64,000 nt of DNA, taken from assembly GCA_963702205.1 (NCBI GenBank), contig OY969724.1, positions 3,616,001-3,680,000 on the forward strand. Reading direction: 5' to 3'. A program made the translations under genes and the position numbers. This document shows positions 31,987 through 42,466 of the stretch, one piece after another. Every line of letters begins with the position of its first letter. The stretch's first letter is position 1. The notes under the pieces were generated by a model that was not told where the DNA came from, did not search any database, and saw nothing but the letters and a program-made list of their open reading frames with translations. Source of the stretch: an uncultured candidate division Zixibacteria bacterium (GTDB lineage Bacteria; Zixibacteria; MSB-5A5; GN15; PGXB01).

Positions 31987-32015
31987 TTGACACAATGTAC
32001 CAAGGCCGGTATATT
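31987..32015 (+). promoter_or_regulatory. Sigma70-type promoter
   Basis: TTGACA-17 bp-TATATT. Confidence 0.75.
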
Positions 32016-32021
32016 GATTAT

Positions 32022-32449
32022 AGGTTGAGCCTCACTCAACAAACGCCTCCCTCCCTCTGACCCATATATCGTTCCTCGTGTGTTCGTGCATCTTTGACCG
32101 AAAAACTAAACACCCTATCACCCTGCGCCACAACCGTGGACCGTTAAACATGGAGGTAGTTTGCCTATGGTGAGGTAGAGGCCGCTTTGACACCGACGAG
32201 TCAAATCGTTAGGTAAGCAGCTCAGCCATTTGTTTTTTTTATTCTTCGCAGTCGTATGACCGCTCCGCTGCAATCGCCCCCTCGGCATCGGCGCGGACCG
32301 GAAAAGAGGAAGATAAAATCTCCGCACCTATCGTCCTTTTTCCTCCAGGGCTGTGGAGAGTCGGCGCCCGACGACTTCAAGGACGGCGCCATATCGGGGG
32401 CAAATTAGTCCGCGATACGAACCGCCCCCCGCCCGAGCGGGGGGCTTTT
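32022..32449 (+). ncRNA. Candidate structured non-coding RNA, family not recognised
   Basis: Promoter upstream, terminator downstream, no credible ORF, many nested helices (see findings). Confidence 0.55.
32424..32449 (+). terminator. Intrinsic terminator
   Basis: GCCCCCCGC-CCGA-GCGGGGGGC-TTTT. Confidence 0.8.
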
Positions 32450-32669
32450 GATTGTACCCCTGCACCTGTGGGATATAACCCACACTCCGTCCCAAAATCG
32501 ATTTTTCAAAATCTTCCAAAACTGCTCAATCTTTGCACATTTTGATATATAACAACATGTCCCGCCACATGTTACAACGTCACCCACAATACCCCTCCCC
32601 TGCGGCATCCGGCTTGCAAATCTATTAAGAGCAAGAAGTTGAAAACCCGAACCAAGGCAGGTTTGACCA

Positions 32670-32888
32670 ATGAGAGTCAAGTTTACACTGACCATGGATG
32701 ATGTCACCGTTGAAGGTAAACAGATCGACACCATCATACTCGACTGGATTTCGGACATGGAGTACAACGACGTACTCAAGGTTTCACACAACTGGATCAC
32801 GTCGCAGAATTTCCTGACCCAGCGCATGACCGGATTGTCGCGCGTCGGGGAATCCTCGCTGACGATTGAGCCGATGGAAGATTTTTAG
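32670..32888 (+). CDS. Small acidic hypothetical protein (72 aa)
   Basis: Genome-typical codon usage; tightly packed with the next gene. Confidence 0.7.
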   Translation: MRVKFTLTMDDVTVEGKQIDTIILDWISDMEYNDVLKVSHNWITSQNFLTQRMTGLSRVGESSLTIEPMEDF

Positions 32889-32900
32889 GAGCCGCGCATC

Positions 32901-33209
32901 ATGGAACAAATAATCAACTACGTGCTCGGCCTCCTGAAATTCGTGCCCGATTCACTGGAAGCGGTCAAGCAGCTTATCCAGCAGCAATTCGGGACCGCCG
33001 GTGTAATCGCGGCGACCATTTTCGTCGTGAGCCTAATCGCTCTGCTCTTGTCCAAGGTTCTCAAAGCCGGTTTCAATATCGTGCGCTACGTGGTGCTGCC
33101 GTCGGTGGTCGTGACCTTCATCGCCACCTACTTTCTGCCGTACTCGTTCGCCTATATCCTGCCGGTGACGGTTTCCTTCTTCTCGGTTGTACTTATGATC
33201 AAAGGTTAA
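32901..33209 (+). CDS. Small membrane protein
   Basis: AGGAG RBS; about three hydrophobic segments. Confidence 0.75.
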   Translation: MEQIINYVLGLLKFVPDSLEAVKQLIQQQFGTAGVIAATIFVVSLIALLLSKVLKAGFNIVRYVVLPSVVVTFIATYFLPYSFAYILPVTVSFFSVVLMIKG

Positions 33210-33230
33210 TTCAAACACACGGGTGTACCG

Positions 33231-33659
33231 ATGACTAAAAAAACGAACGGCAGAAAAAAAGACGACGACAATGAAATCGAAAGAATCCGCGTGCGGCCCG
33301 ACGCCGCCGATCTGGAGACGCCTTTCGACGACGAGGAAGATCCCGACGGACGAGTCTTCATCGAGTGTCCCGGCGCGACCATATACGATCCCGAAACGCG
33401 GCAAATTGTCAGCGGTGTTAAATTCGTCGACGAGAGCGATCCCTCGCTCGGTTACGAAATTATCGACAAGCAGGTTTTCGCACCGAACCATCGCCGCCGC
33501 CGTCTGGTCAAGAAAGAGCACGTCGGATTGATACGCCGTTGTCAGGCGTGTCAGGATTTGACGGTACGTATGATTCGCTCGGAGGGAGCCGATTTTTGTG
33601 TCCCGAATCCCCGTTTTCCGCATCGAAAACGGCTTAAATCGGTCGAAAAAAACTGGTAA
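33231..33659 (+). CDS. Hypothetical protein with possible metal-binding cysteines
   Basis: ECPG, RRCQACQD, FCVP; typical codon usage. Confidence 0.72.
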   Translation: MTKKTNGRKKDDDNEIERIRVRPDAADLETPFDDEEDPDGRVFIECPGATIYDPETRQIVSGVKFVDESDPSLGYEIIDKQVFAPNHRRRRLVKKEHVGLIRRCQACQDLTVRMIRSEGADFCVPNPRFPHRKRLKSVEKNW

Positions 33660-33745
33660 GTTCATTTTAATTTTTTATATCAAAAACCAGTCTCACATTC
33701 GATGTAATCAATTGCCCGCCAATTGGATAATATGGCACTTTTCCC

Positions 33746-33774
33746 TTGCTGAGGTGTATAAATAATGTTATATT
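33746..33774 (+). promoter_or_regulatory. Putative sigma70 promoter of dciA-gyrB
   Basis: TTGCTG-17 bp-TATATT with an extended -10 TG. Confidence 0.5.
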
Positions 33775-33782
33775 AAAGGGTT

Positions 33783-34097
33783 ATGGTAAACCAACCGGAC
33801 GGCCGCCAGCGGTCGGCCCCCAAACGGCTGGGATCGCTCATTGACGGGCTTCTGGGCCGCATGGGCCTGGCCTCGACGCTTGCCGGATGGAGGATTGTCA
33901 ACGCCTGGCCTGAAATCGTCGGCGAGAAAGTCGCTGAGGTTACACGACCGATCCGCTACGAGGACAGCACTCTGATCGTATCGGTCCCGGATGCAGGCTG
34001 GCGCCAGGAATTACACCTCCAGATTGACACGATACTGGACAAGATTCATGAACTACCCGGCGGCAAGGTGGTTAAAAAAATTCGCTTCACGGCATAG
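33783..34097 (+). CDS. dciA: DUF721/DciA-family protein
   Basis: AWPEIVG..TRP..LIVSV..WRQEL; position directly before gyrB. Confidence 0.85.
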   Translation: MVNQPDGRQRSAPKRLGSLIDGLLGRMGLASTLAGWRIVNAWPEIVGEKVAEVTRPIRYEDSTLIVSVPDAGWRQELHLQIDTILDKIHELPGGKVVKKIRFTA

Positions 34098-34101
34098 ATA
34101 A

Positions 34102-36075
<1,974 letters not shown>

Positions 36076-36405
36076 AATATTGCCATAATTATATAATTTT
36101 TATTAAATGATTTCTCGTAGGGCAAAACCCTTTCGAAGACCCTGATCTTTTGAAGGGTAGTGGTTCTGCCTTTTTTTATCTTATATAACGGCAGGACCGA
36201 GGCGCGAGGCTCACTTCGAATACTCAGTGCAGGTGGGCCCTGCTCTACCCGATTAGCAATCAATATGTGATTGCGATTTCTATGTAATTCCATTAATTCA
36301 TCCTGAACATAATCGCCGGTGAACCGTAATAAAATAGACATATACTATCTATCTTATGTGATAAACCTGTAACTCGAACCGTATAGTTTAACGAAAGGAT
36401 TTATT

Positions 36406-36750
36406 ATGCACGGTTTCTGTCACATTGAAATTCCGGTTAAAAACAGCGAAAAGCTCGGACAGTTCTATGCCGACGTTTTCGACTGGAAAATCACGGCTTT
36501 CGAAGGTATGGATTATACCATCTTCAAGCCGGATGATGGTGTCGGCGGCGGGTTCGACCGTGAAAACACACCGGTCGCCGAGGGCGGCATCACGCTGTAC
36601 ATCGAAGTTGAAGACATCGATGCAGTCCTGAGTAAAGTCGCCGATAATGGCGGAAAAGTTATGAAACCGAAATTTGCCATCCCCAATGTCGGGCATATCG
36701 CGCTGTTTGCCGACCCCGATGGCAACAGAATGGGCCTCTGGTCGAAGTAA
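36406..36750 (+). CDS. VOC/glyoxalase-family protein
   Basis: HIEIP, FYADVFDW, YIEVEDID, FADPDGN. Confidence 0.9.
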   Translation: MHGFCHIEIPVKNSEKLGQFYADVFDWKITAFEGMDYTIFKPDDGVGGGFDRENTPVAEGGITLYIEVEDIDAVLSKVADNGGKVMKPKFAIPNVGHIALFADPDGNRMGLWSK

Positions 36751-36776
36751 CCGTTCGGCCTTTGGCTGGCCACAAT

Positions 36777-36822
36777 GCCCTGACTTGCGGTAATATCCCC
36801 CTCACCGCGGTCAGGGCTTTTT
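36777..36822 (+). terminator. Probable intrinsic terminator
   Basis: GCCCTGAC-TGCGGT..ACCGCG-GTCAGGGC-TTTTT. Confidence 0.6.
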
Positions 36823-36875
36823 AATTTGGATTTGGGTCGTCCATATCTTGCTGTGGGTTCTTATGATTTTTTCAG

Positions 36876-37275
36876 CGGCGTCAGGAATCCTTTCCTGACG
36901 CTCTTGAACCGAATCTGAATGCTGTCGGGAAAGGGTTCCCGACAGCGCTTGATTTATGACAGTGCGTATCTACATCAACGGCCCCACGGCAAGCCGTGGG
37001 TGACCGCCCGGCCGTGGGCGGCAGATGTCCACATCTGCCCCTTTTTCCCCTAATCATTTAGGAGTGTTCCGTCGGGTGTTGATTTCGACAAAGTCGAAAT
37101 TGTCACCCGACGGAATCCATTAAAAGACCGTAGGGTCACATCTCGACGACGTCGGGACAAGACCCTGCGGAACTAAAAAAAGCCGTGGGTGGTCCCGCCC
37201 GTGGGCGGCAGATGTCCACATCTGCCCCTCTTCCCCGCAATCAAGTGACCGGCAGCCTCCCCTCATCTGCCGGTT
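36876..37275. repeat. Cluster of REP-like palindromes
   Basis: GTCAGGAATCCTTTCCTGAC; GTCGGGAAAGGGTTCCCGAC; two direct copies of GTGGGCGGCAGATGTCCACATCTGCCC (37014-37040, 37201-37227) around a hairpin doublet (37063-37182). Confidence 0.8.
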
Positions 37276-37379
37276 CTTCTGTACAATCGACAAAATATTG
37301 ACCTCTAATCTTCCATTGACTTTCCTATCCTCTCCGAGTTTCTTTGTCGTAAATAGAATACAGAATAAAGGAGAATATT

Positions 37380-37922
37380 ATGTCCGACGTTGCAGATGAA
37401 CTCTGGCCCGAACTGAAGTGGATTAAAAGCGATGAGCTTCGTCACCAAACCGCCGCCACCTGGAAACTGGCGCTTGAAAAAAGCCCGCTGACGGCCAAAG
37501 ATCTCGATGAAATCCCGTTCACGCTTTTGATCAAGGACTGCCCGGTATCGTTCATGGCTCACAAGCGCGCGGTAGTGCATATAGCCTTTGAATCGGCCAA
37601 AGTCATGGCGCATTTCTTCGGCAATAACCTGCCGTTCGATATGGACGTCGTGGTGGCCGGGGCGATCCTGGCCGACGTCGGCAAGCTGCTCGAGTACGAC
37701 AAAATCGGCGGCAAAGCGGTGGTTTCGGATATGGGCAAATATGTCCGGCATCCCTTTTCCGGAGTCGCGCTGGCGATGGCCTGCGGTGTCCCGGACAATG
37801 TCTGCCATATAATAGCGGCCCACGCCGGTGAAGGCGACATGGTCAAGCGCACGGCTGAGGCGTTCATAGTGCACCATGCCGATTTTATGAGCTACGAGCC
37901 GTTCAAGAATCTGGCGAAATAA
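37380..37922 (+). CDS. HD/HDIG-domain protein (AD in place of HD)
   Basis: AHKRAV, GAILADVGK, RHPFSG, HIIAAH, VHHAD. Confidence 0.8.
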   Translation: MSDVADELWPELKWIKSDELRHQTAATWKLALEKSPLTAKDLDEIPFTLLIKDCPVSFMAHKRAVVHIAFESAKVMAHFFGNNLPFDMDVVVAGAILADVGKLLEYDKIGGKAVVSDMGKYVRHPFSGVALAMACGVPDNVCHIIAAHAGEGDMVKRTAEAFIVHHADFMSYEPFKNLAK

Positions 37923-37987
37923 GCGCCCGGAACCCGCTTGGCTCTCCCGGGGTTTTATGGTAAAACCTCTTTAACCGGGAGAAAACG

Positions 37988-38530
37988 ATGAAAAAGATAC
38001 TGGGCTTCGCTTTCTTTATAGTCTTTATCCTGCCGATTATCGCCGGAGCGGCCGACAGCCTCAAAGTCGGCGATCCGATACCCGATTTCAAGCTTCCCTA
38101 CGCCACCAAAGATTCAATAAATTTCGATGGCATCTCCAACAAAGATATGCTCGGGGAGCGCTATATGCTGGCCTTTTTCCCGGCGGCGTGGTCGGGCGGC
38201 TGCACCACCGAGATGTGCAGCTTCCGCGATAATTTCAAGCGGTTCGAAAACCTCGGCGTAAAGATTCTGGCCATATCGGGTGATTACGTTTTCAGCCTGC
38301 ACGAATGGGCCAAATACCAGAATTTCGATTTTAAGCTCCTCGGCGACGAAACCCGAAATTACGGCCGAAAAGTCGGCGTGTATATGCCGAATAATGGCCG
38401 GTTCCATCGCTCGGTTTTCGTGGTCGGCCCCGACGGCAAGCTTGAATATGTCGATTACGATTATTCTGTCAAAGATGACACCGATTACAATGCGCTGGTG
38501 AAATTCCTCGATTCGGTGAAGAAAAAGTAG
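37988..38530 (+). CDS. Exported peroxiredoxin (AhpC/TSA family)
   Basis: Signal peptide; VGDPIPDF; FPAAWSGGCTTEMC; RSVFVV. Confidence 0.85.
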   Translation: MKKILGFAFFIVFILPIIAGAADSLKVGDPIPDFKLPYATKDSINFDGISNKDMLGERYMLAFFPAAWSGGCTTEMCSFRDNFKRFENLGVKILAISGDYVFSLHEWAKYQNFDFKLLGDETRNYGRKVGVYMPNNGRFHRSVFVVGPDGKLEYVDYDYSVKDDTDYNALVKFLDSVKKK

Positions 38531-38587
38531 TCAGGCGTAGGTCAATCCCGACGCTCTTTTGCTGACCAGCGCTCGGGCGGATGTGGA

Positions 38588-38740
38588 GAGGCTGTCCCAA
38601 AAGTACTCTTTTTAAGTTCCGCGGGGTCTTGTCCCGACGAAGTCGGGATGTGACCCTGCGGTCTTTCAACGGCTTCCGTCGGGTGACAATTTCGACTGCG
38701 TCGAAATCAACACCCGACGGAACACTTTTGGGACAGCCTC
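38588..38740. mobile_element. 153-bp non-autonomous MITE
   Basis: Perfect 17-bp TIRs GAGGCTGTCCCAAAAGT (38588-38604, 38724-38740); TGGA on both flanks (38584-38587, 38741-38744). Confidence 0.8.
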
Positions 38741-38934
38741 TGGACATCTGCCGCGCACAGAATGCGGTGAAGAAATAGGCAACTTGTTATTATGTTCTGC
38801 CGGGTCTTGCGTCCCGATTTATCGGGACGTGTGACTTGGCAGTCTTGTCGGCTTTCTCTCCTGACTTCGTCAGGATTCGGAAGCCGACCTACTGGTTTTT
38901 CAACAAGCCCCTTGCGGTGGGTGAAATAGATCAT

Positions 38935-39049
38935 GTAGGTCAAGCCTCTTTCGAGGCTTGACATTTTTTTGTGTCAAATCTATAAGGAGATTTGACCTAC
39001 AAGAAAGCCACAATAAATAAAAGCGCCGTCAGGAATCCTTTCCTGGCGG
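38935..39049. repeat. REPIN-like doublet family A plus a GTCAGGAATCCTTTCCTG palindrome
   Basis: GTAGGTCAAGCCTCTTTCGAGGCTTGACA..TGTCAAATCTATAAGGAGATTTGACCTAC; 39023-39049 matches 36876-36901. Confidence 0.75.
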
Positions 39050-39168
39050 TTTTCATTTATTCGGGCTATGACAAACAGCCAACCCCATTTTTCTATTTTG
39101 GGGCAACATTTGGCTGGAATTTCCGTCAAATACAACAAATGCCAAAAAATAAACAGGAGAACATCCCG

Positions 39169-39912
39169 ATGAAAATATCTGTAACGCTGTTTCTGTCCCT
39201 AATTTTCATTTTCTCCATAGCCGGTGCCGACGAAACCAGCCACCGCTTCCACAGCAATAAGCCCGAGGGGACTCACTCATACAGAGTGGGTGATTATGTC
39301 AAGGCAGATAAAAATTTTGATTTCGACTACGATTATGACTATGACTTCGATTTTGATTTTAACAACGATTTCAGCCGCACCATCAATATCAAACCAATTC
39401 ATAAAATCGACAGAAAAACCAGGCACTATGTTCGCTACAAACCGGGCATTCTCGATGGCATGGATTTAGACTACCACGGCTCGACATTGATAATTTCCAA
39501 TGACCGTCGTGGTGACGAGGTTAAAATTACGGAAGACCACAATTTATACATCAATGGTGACAAGGTCGAATTGGATTCGGAACAGCGAGAAGTGGTCGGC
39601 GATTTCTATGAAAAAACCATGCACCTGACCGAACAGGCAAGGATCGTAGGTAAGGAAGGCGCAAGGGTCGGACTAAAGGGTGCCAGGCTGGGACTTTCGG
39701 CAATTTTCAAAATCATCCATCTCCTGTCACCCGACTACGATTCCGATGATATGGAACGGGAAATGGATGCCGAAGCATCGCTGATCGAGGATCAGGCCAA
39801 TGATCTGGGGCGTTATGCCGAGGATCTCGAAGATTCGGCCGAGGAAGTCCAGGATTTGGCCGACCGGATGTGCGACAAGATACCGGAAATCGACAGACTG
39901 GGATGGTTTTAA
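39169..39912 (+). CDS. Secreted protein, DUF2884/YggN-like
   Basis: AGGAGA RBS; signal peptide; ITEDHNLYINGDKVELDSEQR; helical tail ending MCDKIPEI. Confidence 0.65.
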   Translation: MKISVTLFLSLIFIFSIAGADETSHRFHSNKPEGTHSYRVGDYVKADKNFDFDYDYDYDFDFDFNNDFSRTINIKPIHKIDRKTRHYVRYKPGILDGMDLDYHGSTLIISNDRRGDEVKITEDHNLYINGDKVELDSEQREVVGDFYEKTMHLTEQARIVGKEGARVGLKGARLGLSAIFKIIHLLSPDYDSDDMEREMDAEASLIEDQANDLGRYAEDLEDSAEEVQDLADRMCDKIPEIDRLGWF

Positions 39913-40079
39913 ATAACAGGTAGCCCCGTTTGCGGGGCGACCCCTCACTGCCTTAATATTCCCGCGACAGCGGGAAGTCTTCAGCAGGGGAAATTCTTAA
40001 CCGGGAATTTCCCCTAATTTTATGCCCTCGTCATCTATACCGTTGCCAGACTGCTAATTTTAACTATCTTATCACCCTG

Positions 40080-40979
40080 ATGAATACACCGGAACCGACA
40101 TCGCCGAACGGACAAAGCCTTCTGGAACTGACCCCGGGCGTCAAATATATTTTGCTGTCCTCTTTCTTTTTCGCCCTGATGTTTGCCGGCGTGAAAATGC
40201 TGCAGAGAATCCCGAGCCACGAAATAGTCTTTTTCCGTGCCATTGTCACCCTCGCGATCGGCTATGTCATGATCGTCAGGGCCGGGCTGAAACCGTGGGG
40301 CAACAATAAAAGGCTGCTTATATTTCGAGGGCTGGCCGGGACCTCGGCACTTATCTGCCTTTTCTACACGCTCCAGAAAATGCCGCTGGCCTCGGCGGTG
40401 ACCATCCACCATCTTTCGCCTATTTTCACCGTCCTGATTTCGAGTATTATTCTCCGCGAAAACGCCCGCCCGATCCAGTGGGTCTTTCTGGTGGTCGCAT
40501 TCGGCGGCGTGGTGATGGTTAAAGGCTTCGACCCACGTATCACGATTCCCGAGCTTCTTGTCGGGATTTGCGCGGCGTTTTCGTCGGCCCTGGCCTACAA
40601 TTTCGTCCGCAAACTCAAAGATTTCGATCATCCTCTGGTGGTTGTATTTTATTTCCCGTTGGTGACGGTTCCGATCGTCGGCCTGTACTGCCTGACCGAC
40701 TGGACCTGGCCGACTTCGTACGAACTGGTGATTCTGATTATCGTAGGCATTTTGACAACGGTCGCTCAGATATTTTTGACCAAAGCCTATCAAACCGACC
40801 GCGCTTCGAATATCAGCACTTTCAATTATCTGGGGGTCGTCTACGCCCTGATAATCGGCTTTGTCTTTTTCTCCGAAACTCTTCCACCGCTGGCGCTGGT
40901 TGGGATAGGCGTAATTCTGGCCGGAGTTATAATGTCCAATCGATTTAAGATAAAACCGGCCCGGGAAAATCAGGCCTGA
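40080..40979 (+). CDS. EamA/DMT-family transporter
   Basis: About 10 TM helices; EIVFFR, SPIF..ILRE, FFSE. Confidence 0.9.
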   Translation: MNTPEPTSPNGQSLLELTPGVKYILLSSFFFALMFAGVKMLQRIPSHEIVFFRAIVTLAIGYVMIVRAGLKPWGNNKRLLIFRGLAGTSALICLFYTLQKMPLASAVTIHHLSPIFTVLISSIILRENARPIQWVFLVVAFGGVVMVKGFDPRITIPELLVGICAAFSSALAYNFVRKLKDFDHPLVVVFYFPLVTVPIVGLYCLTDWTWPTSYELVILIIVGILTTVAQIFLTKAYQTDRASNISTFNYLGVVYALIIGFVFFSETLPPLALVGIGVILAGVIMSNRFKIKPARENQA

Positions 40980-41407
40980 TCCGAACCTTCCGGCAGCTCC
41001 AGAATGTCATCGAGCAGGCGGTCGAGCGCATCCTGTTCTTTTTCGGTAAACCCGAGCAACTGCTGAGAGTCATCTGAAGTATTTTCGCCGGATGTCATCT
41101 CTTCGACTTCACGGTGCGTCAGGAAGCGGATGCCGGTCTGGCTGACGTCATTATGGGATTTGGACCATACCGTCTGGCCTGGAATAACTTTCGGAAAATC
41201 GTCTTTGTCGAGATATATATGAACGAGAACGTATGAATTATCGCCGATTTCTTCGGTCAGTTCGATCATCACGCCGCTGGCGCTGATATTTTTGGTCTTG
41301 CCCTCAACGCCTTCCGGCGGGGGCTTTTTGTCCCCGGTTAAGTTCTTCAGTGAAAGCGGCTTAACCAGGGCATCCAGCTCCAGATTGGATCTCTTGTAGT
41401 ATCGCAT
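40970..41407 (-). CDS. PilZ-domain protein (start uncertain)
   Basis: RYYKR (RxxxR) and NISASG (D/NxSxxG) c-di-GMP-binding motifs; GIRF. Confidence 0.75.
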   Translation of the reverse strand: MRYYKRSNLELDALVKPLSLKNLTGDKKPPPEGVEGKTKNISASGVMIELTEEIGDNSYVLVHIYLDKDDFPKVIPGQTVWSKSHNDVSQTGIRFLTHREVEEMTSGENTSDDSQQLLGFTEKEQDALDRLLDDILELPEGSDQA

Positions 41408-41475
41408 TCTATATCTATTATCGGATAAAAATATGCCGGAATTCAGCCAAAAATGCGGCCGGATGTGGTGAAATA

Positions 41476-41937
41476 CTACTTTTTGACGGAGTCTTCCGGG
41501 AAAAGCGACTGAAGGTCTTCGGGAAGCTGAACCCTGGGCGCTGCGATGCCCAGCCAGCGCTGGTACCATTTCCAGTTCTTCTTTTCGGCCTTCATGAATT
41601 TCTTGATTTTTTTCTCGCGCTCGAACGCGATGGCATCGTACTTCTCTATTTTCTGAAGGAGATTTTCGACATTTTCCCGGCGCTCCATCGCCGTCCGGAA
41701 ATTATCGTAATCCTTGAAATTAAACAATGATTGTACTACCGGCTCGAAAAAAACCATCACCTGTGATCCGATATAATTGAGCGGCTTGACCGACTCCAGA
41801 AACAATATCGCCGGGACGGCCATGCGCCACTTGATCACTTTCCTGGCGACCTTTTCCAGCACGGCGTTTTCTTCCTCGGGAATGTCCGGATGTCCGCTCT
41901 CGGGCGGGTCGACCGGTCCTTTGAACAGCGACATCAC
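41476..41937 (-). CDS. Hypothetical protein
   Basis: Operonic packing; PAILFLESVKPLNYIGSQ segment. Confidence 0.75.
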   Translation of the reverse strand: MMSLFKGPVDPPESGHPDIPEEENAVLEKVARKVIKWRMAVPAILFLESVKPLNYIGSQVMVFFEPVVQSLFNFKDYDNFRTAMERRENVENLLQKIEKYDAIAFEREKKIKKFMKAEKKNWKWYQRWLGIAAPRVQLPEDLQSLFPEDSVKK

Positions 41938-42458
41938 GCGATCTCCCCCAATTCGCGTCTGCGAATTTCTTCGATCTTACGAATCACATAAGCCATCACG
42001 GCGTCTTTATTGCCTGAAAAACGTATGTACACCCCCCGAAAATTTTCCAGCCTCGACGGCCGTCCGAATGGCGATAACAGGACACCGTTTTTGTCCGGAT
42101 AGTACGACCGGTACTGCGACCATTTCCTGGTCTGGCGTTGAGTGGTCGATTTGATAAATATCTCGTTTTCGGTGAAAGTGTATTTTGTCGGGAAATAGTA
42201 CGCCGCCAGCGAGCCGGTTAAAATGATTACGGCCAGGACCGTGAAGATCATCGAAAAAGTCCAGAAGTAAATACCCAGAACGACCAGAGCGATAAATACC
42301 GTGACTATGACCGTCCGCGTCTTATTCCGTTTGGCCGGATGACAGACCCACTCCAGAACTTCACCGTCGACAATTTCAGTCGGCTCGGCCGGTTCGGATT
42401 TTTCGGTTTCGGATTCAAACTCAAGAGACAGCTGCTTTTTTTTATCGTCTTCGCTCAT
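41934..42458 (-). CDS. Membrane protein with two TM helices and a small soluble domain
   Basis: Hydrophobic hairpin; GVLLSPF..RLENFRG; 4-bp overlap with the next gene. Confidence 0.75.
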   Translation of the reverse strand: MSEDDKKKQLSLEFESETEKSEPAEPTEIVDGEVLEWVCHPAKRNKTRTVIVTVFIALVVLGIYFWTFSMIFTVLAVIILTGSLAAYYFPTKYTFTENEIFIKSTTQRQTRKWSQYRSYYPDKNGVLLSPFGRPSRLENFRGVYIRFSGNKDAVMAYVIRKIEEIRRRELGEIA

Positions 42459-42466
42459 ACAATGGA

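Noticed and set aside
32022..32449. tmRNA, RNase P, SRP, tRNA-Sec or retron msr-msd identity for the candidate RNA
   Set aside because: No GAGGAAAGTCC, no SRP GGAA-loop motif, no tRNA-like CCA end, no adjacent reverse transcriptase; 6S cannot be fully excluded by eye
32460..32640. oriC upstream of the gyrB region
   Set aside because: Only degenerate DnaA-box-like 9-mers (TCACCCACA, TAACCCACA), no TTATCCACA cluster and no dnaA
32118..32827. Minus-strand ORFs over the candidate RNA and the 72-aa gene
   Set aside because: No motifs or RBS; they conflict with the plus-strand promoter, terminator and gene
33751..33778. dif-like 11-6-11 pattern GAGGTGTATAA-ATAATG-TTATATTAAAG
   Set aside because: Poor XerC arm; better explained as the dciA-gyrB promoter
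36991..37236. Two direct 27-bp palindromic repeats as a CRISPR array
   Set aside because: Only two units, a ~160-bp spacer that is itself a repeat, and no cas genes
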